From Azolla caroliniana (taxonomy: Eukaryota > Plantae > Polypodiophyta): a DNA stretch of 64,000 nt. The DNA is taken from assembly GCA_043228905.1 (NCBI GenBank), contig JBHGNT010000009.1:6882001-6946000 (forward strand), given 5' to 3'. This document shows, in pieces, positions 50,548-62,500 of the stretch (within the stretch, counting starts at the first letter, position 1; every line of letters begins with the position of its first letter). The translations under genes and the position numbers were made by a program. A model generated the notes under the pieces. It was given only the letters and a program-made list of their open reading frames with translations. It was not told the DNA's origin and did no database searches.

Positions 50548-53201
50548 TCATGATAACATTCAACCCTCGCTCATCACATTGATTCTCCGTACATCACGTA
50601 CGGGGTAACACAATATGGCACGCCCGTGGGAAAGTGCCTTGCACGTCGATCCCACATGCCTTGATGATGATATTTCTTCGACTAGAACTTCCATCGGTCC
50701 TTTCAACGATCAACTCCCTTGATCGGAATGCTTGACTTGAACATCTTTGTCGGTCAGCAAATCTTCCGCGACACGAACATTCTCGTTCTATCGACTTACG
50801 AACTTTGTAAAATCATTCAGGTCGTCAAAAATATGTTGTATGTATGTGTGTTCTTCCTTTAATTTTTGTGTGGGTTGTCTTGGTTGATCACGTCCATTTC
50901 TTTAGGTGGATAAGTTTTTAAATTTAGGTATTTTTAGCCTCAAATTTTCTAAACGAATAACAATGCCCTTAGGTTTTGAAAACTGTATATGTACCCTTAT
51001 GTTTTTATAAAATTATGTACCCTCAAGGTTTTTATAATTATATTCGATACCCCTATCTCCTTTTTGCCCCTCTCTTTTCTTTCTTTCTTCATTCCTTTTT
51101 TTTTTTTTCTGTTTTGCCTCTCCCGCTCTTTTCTGTCTGTCCATCTTTTTCCTGTCTCTCTTCTTTCTCTTCTTGTATGCAGATCTCGTCTTGTCTCTGT
51201 CAGAGACAGTTCTTGTTTCTCTCTTCTCTATTTCTTCTTCTCTCTATTTCTCCACCTTCTTTTCTCGTATTTCTTTTTGCTTCCACCATCACTATGTCCA
51301 TTGTGCTCGCTGTTTTTGTCAGTTCGGTTCAGTCGTTGTCTTGGCCTTCGTTGACTATGTAGACGCCTCCATCAACGGCCTTCTCCCTTTGGCGGGATGT
51401 TATCTCTCTCCGTTTAATGCTTCCGATTGTGGCCGTTGGTAGTTGTGTTATGTACGACCATCACTGTTGGGCCGCATTTCAGCTACTCCGGCCATTCTGA
51501 TTGCATTTCTGCCACTTCTACGCATTTTAGCCGCCTCGACCGCAACTGGCTGCTTTCCGGTCGCCGCCCCTATTCTGCCGTCATCATCGTTGTTCCGGCC
51601 GCTCTTTGACTGCTTGTTTGATCCGGCCATTGTGTTCATTTGTTTGGCCCGTTCAGTTGTCTCTTCTAGTCTGTTCCGGCTATTCGTCCTCCTGGCTCTT
51701 TGTGTCCGTTTGTGTCGGTGTCATTGTTCTGGCCATCGAGCCGTCTTAGTCTGGACCGTTCTGGCTAACTTTGTTAGACGTGTCTTTGTATCCAACCGTC
51801 TCTGTCGTTTCTTCGTCGTCCGGCTCCGTAGCTTTTCGGTGTCGATGTTCCATCGTCTGGCCGTTGCCGTTGCCATTGTTGTGCATTTTGGCTGTCGTCT
51901 CCGTCGCTCTTTGACTCTGTCTGGCCATCGTCCTACTGTTTGTCCATCTACATCTTCGTTGTTGTCTAGCGTCATCAGGTCCGGCCGCCTCCGTTCTGGC
52001 GCTTTTCAGCATCGGTGTCGCCGTTCCTTCAGAACCAGACATTTTGTTCATTTGTCCGGCCCATTCCGGCCAGTCTGTGTCAGGGATGCTTATCCGACTG
52101 CGACTGCAACTGTTCCAGACGTGCTTTGTCGTCGTTTCGGTCGTCACTCTGGCTGCCGCCGCTTTGGGTGTTGTCACCATATCCCGGCCAATGCGTCCGA
52201 CGTTTGGTGCCTCCTACTGTGTCTTTCTAGTGCTGCTGGTTTCTCTGGTTGTCAATGTCTTGTCTGCATCTGCATCTCGTTCTCCGCCTTTTATGGCCCT
52301 TCGGTGTTAACCAACTTTGGTTCTTGTTCTGATTCTAGTTCCGACTCTCTCCATGTTGTTTCTTCTGGAACCATTGCCCGTGCATTCTCAGCACATCCTG
52401 CCGGTCTTCGCTCCACACACTGCGGCTTTCTCCACACTCTCCTGGTGGGCTTCTCTTTCCGGTCGTGCTGGCACCGGTTCCCTTTGCGTTGTTGTTTGCC
52501 CAGCTGTGCATCTTGCAGCACGCTTTTGAGAACACGCACATTGTCGCTAATCGCTTTCGGAAACACACACATGGACACTAATCGCAACCTCGCACAAACA
52601 TTGTTGCCATTCATGCATTCCTCCATAGACTTCCTCCAACATCTTCACCGTCATTTTCACGTTTCGCCATTTCTTGCACTTAGTCGCTATGGCTTGCACA
52701 TTTGCGTATCATTCTTCAACTCCGTCTCCAAAGGGGGGTTGCCTTAGTGGTGGCCAACGACATTAAGAGATGCGGTACGGTACGCAAAAGAATGTGACCT
52801 ATGCCAGCGAACGGGCCAGCGAACGGAGTAGGCTCGTATGCCACACCAGCCTGTACTACCACTCGAGCCATTCCAGAAGTGGGGGCTGGACTTTGTTGGA
52901 CCGTTCAAACCACCGGCAATGAGAACAGGTAATTGGTACGTCATCGTGGCGACGGATTAGTGCATGAAATGGGTGGAGGCCAAAGCCTTAAGAGACAACA
53001 CCGCTGCGTCAACGACAAAATTTCTATACGAGTACATCTGGTGCCGTTACGGATGCCCAATCGAATTAATAAGCGACCAAGGGGGACACTTTCTCGGCCA
53101 AGTAGTTGAAAGCCTGACGACATTCTATGCCGTTGTCCATAAATGGAGCACGCCATACTATCCGCAAGCGAATGGGTTAGCTGAATCAACGAACAAAACG
53201 T
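50548..53201 (+). mobile_element. Tat-like (non-chromoviral gypsy) fragment: LTR end, tRNA-Arg-like PBS, long non-coding internal region, integrase fragment 52745-53201
   Basis: ...AACACA then TGGCACGCCCGTGGGA (50616-50631); integrase WWPT...CDLCQ, KWGLDFVGP, KWVEAKAL, LISDQGGHF, STPYYPQANGLAESTNKTL cut by the next insertion. Confidence 0.7.
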
Positions 53202-56200
53202 TGTCGTGAAGAAAACCATCCCCAGGTGCAAACCGTGTATAGCGTGTGTGAACCGGCCTTTACACGTGGGCATGCCCCTTGTTGTATAGTAGATAGGTAG
53301 GCACAAAGGTCAAACCCTAGGTAGCAATATTCTATAGGGGAAATCGAGGAGTATCTCTGTCCAAAAAGGACAGAGAATTAATGTGATGTAAACGGGTGAA
53401 ACGGCCTCCCTCCTTGAGCTATAAAAGAGAGGGAGACGGGGAGAGAAGGGGGCGTGCTAGAGGGGACGAAGTGCTGTCGGACTGGGACCGAGCTCTTCTT
53501 CTCTGTCGTTCTCCATAGCTTTCTTTTGCGCAGGTTCTAAGGAGGCTGATTCTGCTCCGTGGAACGCCCGTGTGCTTCTGGCAGAATCTCCATCTTGCTC
53601 CCCTGCGTGTGTGGGTGATCAGGCGCCGACATCCATCTCGCCGACCTGATCGGCTGTAACCGTTCGAATCGTCTGCATACATACTAATACATACACATAT
53701 TTATATACATAAGCTAGTGTTCTCGACTTGTGTCTCCTGTGTTGTTGAGCCGCGTCCCCGTGCGCTTCTTTGTCTATACGTGTGTGAGCGTCTCTCTCTC
53801 TCTCTCTCCCTTTTCTCACCTATTCCTCGGTCCAAGACCCCAGTGGTCTTGCCTTGTTCTCCATGCACGCGCGTAACAAACACGACATATTTGGTGAACC
53901 CGACGTGAAGAGGCGGCAGAGGAGTAGAAGATGAGGGGGTCGGACCTTGCAGAAGCCATGGCTTCGGCTGTGGACCGTATAGTGAGTGCGCGCGAAGGCA
54001 CCGGCACCCTTGATAGGGCTATCGAGGCGGTTGTCGGTACGATCGGCCGGTTTAGTGGGAAGGATGCTACGAGCTACTTGGCGTCCTACGGGGCTGAGAT
54101 GGTAATGAGGGACATTCCGGAAGAGAGGCGTCTTGCCAGATTCCCTCGTGTGGCGATGCCGGGCATCCATACGGAGGTGCTCGAGGTACGGGCCGAGAGT
54201 CGGACCTGGGAGGAGTTCGAAGGTTGGCTCCTCGAAAAATACGGGCTTGAAGATGCGCTTTGACTTTCGAAGCGGGACTTCATGGAGTGGGTGGAGACCC
54301 CCAACAAAGGAAGGAACGCGTCGGTGCTCCTCCGAGAGTTTGAGGAATGCTTCGCGCGCCTCTCGGTGCTTGACCGGACCATTCTGGACACAAGTCGTGT
54401 CCTATTGTTTGTTAAGTCAGTTGACGAGCGGGATCGGGAGCAAGTAGGCCTCCTATTGGAGACTGATGACGGGCTGGCGGCCGACTAGGCCGTGGTGAAG
54501 AGGGTCTGTGGCCGTTTCGACAAACGACGGGAATGGGTTGACAAAGGATCGACAGGGGCGGGCTCTGTCGCAGCAAGGAAGCTTGAGCCAACACCACCAA
54601 CGCGAAGGGAAGAGACCCGAGATTGGCTCGAGACTGGATCGGCTTCGACCGGCATGGTCAAGGGATCGACCGGGGGAGCAGCTCTAGAGGAACTGACGCG
54701 GATGGTAAAGGATCTCCAGATCGCCCAGGCACAGAGGTATGGTGGCGAACAGGCCCGTGACTGACGACCTCTGGCTGAAAACAAGTGCATGTGGTGTGAC
54801 GCGGTTGGCCACATCCGGAAGGACTGCGGGGACTTCGCCGAGGCGATGAGGAGCAACGTGGTGTACCTGTGGAACGGTCGGGTGCACGCCAACGAGACCC
54901 GAAGGGCCCTGAACTTGAACGTCAGACGGGGGGTATGAAAAGGTTGATGGAGGAGGCGGCGGCTCGTCATGCGGAGACCGTCCACTACTCGGCGTCAGTT
55001 GGTATTCGGGTCGGAGGTGGCAAGGCCCCGAAGACGAACAAAGACGGGTTCTGGCCGACGATAATAGAAGGCCTCGCCAGCGCATGACTAAGGAAAGAAG
55101 AGGCGGACCGCGCGGAAAAACGGGTCCGGGAGGTAACCGGGTGGAGTAACCCGGTGGAAGAAAAGACGGGCTTCGTCGAAGCCGCTTGTCAAAACTACGA
55201 GGCTCTGGTGGAGGACAAGCGGGTAGGGAAAATCGGAGGGGCCGGGCCCTCGCAACGATATGAAACTCGATTCGGGCAAAGGCGGAATGAGGCCGGTGTA
55301 ACCGACGCCCAGGATAATCCCAAGAAGGGCGGGTACCGGCTGGGCACAGAAATCAAAAGGTCCACGGACCTGCGAAAGGTCCTGGAAGAACGAATCCTCG
55401 ACAACAAGGTGGAACTGTCGCTAAGGGAAGTGCTCGGGATCGCCAAGAAAGAGTTCCACGACTCCATCGTAGACTTGGTGAAGAGGAAGAGGCTGTCGAC
55501 GGAGACAGAACCGGAGAAGCCGGTGGAGGTGCGGACGACGCACATAGAGGACATGGCACTAGAAGACGAGTTGGCGGAGAGCCACTATTCAAGGCCTCAC
55601 TGGGCCAGAGCGACCACGGAGACCCCCGTGAAGATCGGAGATGTTCATGAACCAGTGGTGGCGTTGGTGGACCACGGTTCAGAAATCAATTTGATGTTCA
55701 TGGACTTCTACAAGAAGGGGAAATGGCCGATCAACACCAATCACGGGTGGAAAATACGGGCAACGACGCGTGCCACCGAAGAACTGCATGGAGCCTGCCC
55801 GAATGTACGAGTAAAGATCGGTGATGTCGAGATTGACCAGCACTTCTTCGTGCAAGAGACGTCCTCACATCCGGTTATACTAGGAGAACCGTACATCACG
55901 GCAGCACGGATGGAGACCAAGGTGCTGGACAACGGCTCGGCCTATGCAAGGGTCAAGAGCCAGGATGGGCGTCACTCGGTCCAGTTCCTGACGGTGAGAC
56001 CGAACCATGTGCGGAACCGCGAGACCCTCGGGGGTGAAAGCCGAGAGGATTTTTAGAGAGGGCTATCAAGGCGTGGGGCCGCGATAGTCCGGACACTCCG
56101 GGAAAACCCCACAAGTGTACGATAGCGAAGAAGACCTGTACTATAAGTAGGAAATTTTGATTCTCCGACAATGGAGGGTGTACGATAGTCGACGTTGTTG

Positions 56201-59200
56201 GCCGGAAGAAGAAAAGGGTGGAGGAGCGACTTCAGGCATGTGGTATCCTCGGCCTTGGAAAGGAAATCAACGGAGCCGTAGAGGCAGTCTCTTTCGACGA
56301 TACCTTGGGGGAGCTGCGAGAGGTAGTCGGAGGAGTCCTTAAAGAGGACTGGACGATTCCGGTATGTTCGGAAAGGATGTACGAAGTCATCGCGGACTTC
56401 AGTAGAGGGCTCGAGTCGGATCGGACGGCCCGGGTGGACACGAGGTACAAGACTGTGGACCGGAAGGTGAGGCCAGTCGCGGCTCCCTTGCCGGAGGGCA
56501 GCGAGTTGCGAATAAAGGGGGTTGCGTCCGACCCGAGTTTACGAAATCCGGCCCGCATAGGACACACGTTCACTGACATAATGCTACGCGAGCTCAAAAT
56601 CGGTGGGGGCGGCTTCCTACTGCTGGCGGAAGAGGACCGTTTTCGGGAAATGCTCGGAAGGCACGGGAAGGCTTTCACATTCTCACCGGAGGAGATCGGG
56701 TGCGTAGACCCGACAATCGTGGAACCGATGGTGATATTCATGGTACTGCATGTGCCGTGGAGTCTCAAACCGATTCCAATACCCAGAGCTCACATCCCGA
56801 AGCTGATGGAGCTGTTAAAGCAGAAGGTCGAGATGGGCATCCTCGAACCGTCGAGTGCCCCATACTCGAATCGGTGGTTTACCGTGCCGAAGGACGGCAC
56901 GTTGTGCTTTATTCAAGACCTGCAGCCGGTCAACAAGGTGACCATTCCAAACGCAGGAATCGGACCGACAATAGACGAGTTCGTGGAGGCCTTCGCCGGA
57001 AGGTCGATTTACTCGGTTGGTGATCTCTACTCGGGGTACGATCAGTTCCAGCTAGCCATAAAGAGCAGAGACATCACGACAATGCGAACTCCTCTCGGCC
57101 TAGTACGGATGTGTACCCTACCACAAGGAGGGACGAACTCGGTGGCTCACATGGTGAACGCAATGAACAAGGTGCTGAGGGATTGTATCCCGGACATCAC
57201 CATGCCGTTTCTGGACGACATCACGATCAAGGAATGCCCGGTGGAGGAAAAGGACGAGACAATCGGACCGGACGGGTGCCGGAAATTCGTGGCGACACAC
57301 ATCGATGACTGCGAGAAGGTGCTACAGAGGTTGGAGGGCGCGAGGCTCACCTTCTCCTGGGGAAAATCAACCTTCGGGCAATCAGAGATCATGGTCGTCA
57401 GACACCTATGCGGGTCATACGGCTGGAAACCGTCTCCGGCTAAGGTAGAAGCCATCTCCGCGATGAAGGACGACTGTAGCTCGGTCACGGAGGTTCGGAG
57501 GTTCTTGGGAGCGTGCGCGTTTTACCACATATGGATCCCGCATTACGCTCACGTCGCGGAGCCATTATACGGGTTGCTGAAAAAGGGGCGAAAATTCGAG
57601 TGGAGAGAGGAGCATACGGAGTCTGTCCGAAAGATGAAAGAAGCACTTGCCGCAGCTCCGGCGCTCCAAAAGGCTGTCTACGAGAAGGACACTCCAATTT
57701 ACGTAACGATAGACATGAGTCCGACCGGGATCGGATGGGTCGTCAACCAAGAGGACGAGGACGGCATGTGTTTCCCGATCCAGTTCGGCGTGAAGGTCCT
57801 CAGCGAGCGACAGCGAGGATATGCCCAGGTTAAAAGCGAGCTCTGGGGTATCGTTTCGGCGGTAAAGGCCGATAAAGACTAGTTGATCGAGGCAGAGGTA
57901 ATTATTGAGACGGACTGCCTGCCAATTCTTGGCATGGTTTCCGGATGCGTGACGCCGGACCTGGCAATGCTCAGGTGGATAACATACATCAAGTCCCTGA
58001 ATTAGGAAATACGACACATTTCCGGGAAAGACAATGCCATGGCCGACATGCTTTCAAGGGCGAGGTTCGAAAACGAGGGCAGCATGGTTTCGGAGGACGA
58101 GGAAGTCGGCGTGGACTTCTTCGAGGCAGCTCACGTAACAACCGGCAGGGAATGCACTCCAACGCTTAATGATTTCGACGAGAGCAAGTACGACGGGGAG
58201 TGGCTGCAGATCGGCGGGTTCCTGAAAACAATGACACCGGACGTGGCATGGACAACAGATGAGGCCAACCGGATTCGGAAGAAAGCCTATCGATTCTTTC
58301 TCCGGGACGGGTACATATGGAAGCACCCGAAGAAGAGGAACGACATCCCGCTCCGAGTGGTGGCGAAGAAGGAGGAACAGGAGGATTTGCTGGCGGCGTA
58401 CCACGATAGTCCTTGGGCTGGACACCGTGGAACGTGGGCCACGTTTGAAAAGCTAAAGGGGAAGTACTGGTGGCCAGGACTATACCGGGACGTGCATCGG
58501 TTCGTGACGACTTGCGAAAGCTGTCAGGTGCACTCCATGATCCGACACCGGGACGAGCTTCACCCGACCTACCCTCCGACCGTCCACTTCAAGTGGATGG
58601 TGGATTTGGTGACGATGCCAATGGGGGTAGGGCAGATGCAGTATCTGGTGCTGGCTCGAGAGGATCTAACGAACTAGGTTGAAGGCCGAGCTCTGCAGAA
58701 CAAGACGACTGCAGCCGTGTGCCGGTTTTTGATTGAGGACGTGGTATGTCGATACGGGTGCGTAGGGAAGATCGTGGCTGACTGTGGTGAGTTGGACGCA
58801 GAAGAGGCCGAAGAGCTGTTCGACCGGCTAGGAGTCAAACTTTCGCTCACCACAACGTACAATCCGGAGGCGAACGGGAAGGTAGAGCGCGGACACGGGC
58901 CGATTGTCAAGGCGCTAGTACGGGCGTGCGAAGGCGAAGTCGGGAACTGGCCAAGGCTACAACCTTATGCCTTGTGGGCGGACCGAACTATGCACAGTTC
59001 GGTAACCGGGTTCATGCCGGCAGAGCTTATGTTCGGACAGAAGCCGATCATGCCAACAGAGCGAACGATGTCCTCGTGGGCCACGGTGAACTGGAGGGAT
59101 GAGATGAGCCGGGAGGAACTGTTGGCGGCACGAATTCGATAGCTCGAGCGGAGGCCGGAGGACGTAGAGCGAGCCGCAGAGAAACTTCGGGTAGCGAGGA

Positions 59201-59595
59201 TAAGGAACAAAGCCCGGTTCGACCGAACACACTGGCTCCGGCCAAGGAAGATCGAGGAAGGCGACTGGGTGCTAGTCTACGACAGCAGCCTCGACAATCA
59301 GCACAGAGCCACGCGGAAGTTTGCGAGGAGGTGGTTCGGGCCTTATGTAGTAACAGACGCCAACGACAATGGGACATACCATCTCGCGGAGCTCGACGGT
59401 ACGAGAATGGCGATACCGGTAACAGGGAAGAGGATCAAAGCGTTCAAGAAACGACACGACGGTGAGCCGGAGCTAGGGGGCATGGACAGCAACGACGAGC
59501 AGCCCGAGGCGGAGGTTGAACCGGTAAACGAGGAATAAAAGCAAGGATCGGTTTTCTCCCGTAGGAACCCAATGTTGGGGCATACCGATGGATGT
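53202..59595 (+). mobile_element. Non-chromoviral Ty3/gypsy element primed by tRNA-Trp; 5' LTR 53202-53887; 3' end interrupted by the next insertion
   Basis: LTR termini TGTCGTG...CACGACA; PBS TGGTGAACCCGACGTGAA 53892-53909; gag from 53931 with CMWCDAVGHIRKDC, PR LVDHGSEINLM, RT DLYSGYDQ / LPQGGTNS / FLDD, RH, INT HHCC plus WFGPY; several stops. Confidence 0.92.
56047..56112 (+). promoter_or_regulatory. Putative -1 ribosomal frameshift signal (G GAU UUU + pseudoknot) between gag-protease and RT-RH-INT
   Basis: In-frame heptamer 56047-56053 just before TAG; 6-nt spacer; stem 56060-56067/56083-56090; GTGGGG 56073-56078 pairs with CCCCAC 56107-56112; pol ORF is in the -1 frame. Confidence 0.75.
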
Positions 59596-62500
59596 TGTCA
59601 TGATATGGCAAGACTCGAACCCATGACCTTATGGTATATAGGTCGAGCTCTTAACCATCACACCATCTATTGCAATTCATAGAATATTATTTTCATTTAT
59701 GTTTTATTATAAGAAAGTAATGTATATTCCAGATTTCTCTGGAACATTCTAGAAGTTTTAGGATTACTCCTAACAACACTATAAAAGAAGGCACTAGGCA
59801 TTATGTTGAACCAAATTGGTTCAACGCCAGTCTTAAGCCTCTCAGCCGCTTTGTACTTATCTTTTCACATAATATATTAGCTGTTGTCATCATCTTTCTG
59901 TCTCTCCTCTTCTCACTTCCTCTCTCGGGAATCTTACGCAGTCCCGTCCTCTTAGTACTAATAGTACTACTCTTCTTAGTACTAATTCCATCTCTGCTTT
60001 AGTACTATTCCTGACAGTTTGAACCAATTTGTTCCTTTCCTCCAGCCTACTTGTCGTTCTCCCTCATCCTCCTACCCTTTTCCCTATACTATGGCTACTG
60101 TTAGCGCCCAAGAATATCAATCCGTTTTCTCCGAGTTACAGTGCCTAAAAGAAAAGTTTGTTGCCCTGGAACAAAAAAACCAACGGTTGATAGGGGATCT
60201 GCAACAAATCGCTCTCAAAAAACAACAAACGCAACAACAACATGGGGAGTTAGCATTACGGGTACAACAACTCGAAGCAGCGTTGCAACAACAAGGATCA
60301 AGTCCCCAAGGATTTCATAAAGAGCCCAAGATTAAACTTCTTGTGAAATTTGATGGAACGCGATCGCAATTCCGGGGATTCCTTAATCAGGTACGCTTAG
60401 TCATCCAGATGCATCCTTCCCGATATCCCACTGATGCATCTCGAGTCGGCCTAATAGGCACGTTACTTAGCGGCTCAGCCTTGGCATGGTTCGCTCCGCT
60501 TCTAGAAAAACAATCACCCTTGCTTAAATACTTTGAAGATTTTATTGGTGAGTTTAAAGCCTGCTTTGGAGATACCGACAACATCAGGACGGCGATCAAC
60601 AAGATCCGAAGATTGCGTCAAGGCGATCGTCCAGCCTCTGCCTACGCATCGGATTTCCGTCTACTCGCCTAAGATATTCCCTGGGATGATCAGGCCCTCA
60701 TGGAGCAGTTTCGCTACGGCTTGCACAATGATGTCAAAGATCTGCTTTTAACCTTCCCCGAAGAACCAAAGTCTCTTACGGAGGCAATCAGTCGAATGGT
60801 CTGATGCGACAACCGCCTTTTCGAACGACGTTCGGAGCGTCAGTTACAAATACCACGCTCTCGGCCGGAACCCACATACGCCTCAATCATGGCTAAACCG
60901 TTTGCACGCGATGTACCCCAAGCCAATATTCCGACACCGATGGAGATCGACACCATGCGTCGACGCGGCCCGTTATCGGAAGAAGAAAAACAACGATGAC
61001 GTGCCAATCGATTATGTCTTTATTGAGGTGGACCAGGGCATATTGCCATCAATTGTCCCCATAGGCCAAGAAGACAGGTAAATCAAATCGTCGCTTGTAC
61101 TAAACCCGAGTCAATTCTTCCCTTCGGAGTGTCTGATAGTATTAATAGTACTAATAGAGTGTTAGATAGTATTCATAGTACTAATAGCCCAAGTATCTCA
61201 AACAAATTTGAAATCCTTAGTCAATTAGATGAAGAGTTAAACGATTGAGTCCAGCCAAAATAGGAGCCGTTTGGTTGGACAACAACCCTAGATCTGTACA
61301 ACTCATTAGTGGTTCCATTCCTTCCAAGCAAGTTAGCAATGTGTTCCTAGCCCAAGTCATTGTTAGTACTAAAAGTACTCCCCCAGTACCCGTCCTAGCA
61401 CTCTTAGATTCCGGAGCTAATTCCTGTTTCATGGATCAAAATTTTTCCCAAGCTTCTTAGATATCCCTAAGAAAACTTCCTTGTCCCGCATCTGTAGTAG
61501 TCATTGATGGTCGTCCCATTGCTTCCGGGAATATTGTAGAAGAATCAGAACCCATTCAAGTTGTCCTAGGTAGTTTTGTGTGTGTAATATCATTTAATAT
61601 AATTAGTAGTCCAGAGCATCCCATTGTCCTAGGATTACCTTAGTTTGAATTACATAATCCAGCCATAGATTGGAGAACAAGAGAAGTCCGATATCGACCA
61701 CCCCAAGAATCTACTCACCGAGTTTCGACCATTTCACTCCATCAATTACGCAAAGAAGGACACAAGGAGGCAATGTTCCTATTTGCAATATCAATACATC
61801 CTTCCAGCACTATTAAGGACTCCTCAGTACAACTTCCGGCAAAATATCATCCTTATGCCGATGTATTTGACAAGGTAAAAGCCGGTACCCTTCCTCATCA
61901 CTGTCCCTATGACTATCCCATCGATTTACAACCAGGAACCGAGCCACCATGGGGACCAATTTACAACTTGTCACCCACCGAGTTAGAAGTCCTTCGAGCC
62001 TACATAGAGGAGAACTTGGCAAGCGGGTTCATCTGTCATTCGAAATCTCCGGCCGGTGCACCCATCTTCTTTGTCAAGAAGAAAGATGGCTCACTTCGTC
62101 TCGTCGTTGATTACCGCGGATTGAATAAGGTCACCATCCGGAATAGGTATGCACTTCCTCTTATATCAAGTCTTTTAGAACGAGTTAATGGTGCCAAGTT
62201 TTTTACCAAAATCGATCTACGAGGAGCGTATAACCTCGTGCGGATCCGACCGGGAGATGAATGGAAGACCGCCTTTCGCACGCGGTATGGGCATTTCGAG
62301 TATACTGTTATGCCGTTCGGCCTAACCAATGCACCCGCAGTCTTCCAACACATGGCAAATGATATATTCAGAGACCTCTTGGATATCTGTTTGATCATCT
62401 ATCTTGATGATCTATTGATTTATTCGAAGACCCAACAAGAGCACGATTCTGATGTACTATTAGTACTAAAGCGACTCCGCGAGAATGGTCTTTATGCCAA

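Noticed and set aside
51443-52747. 434-aa plus-strand ORF
   Set aside because: Non-ATG start, Cys/Arg/Ser/Leu-rich, no recognisable motif; the A-poor strand has few stops by composition.
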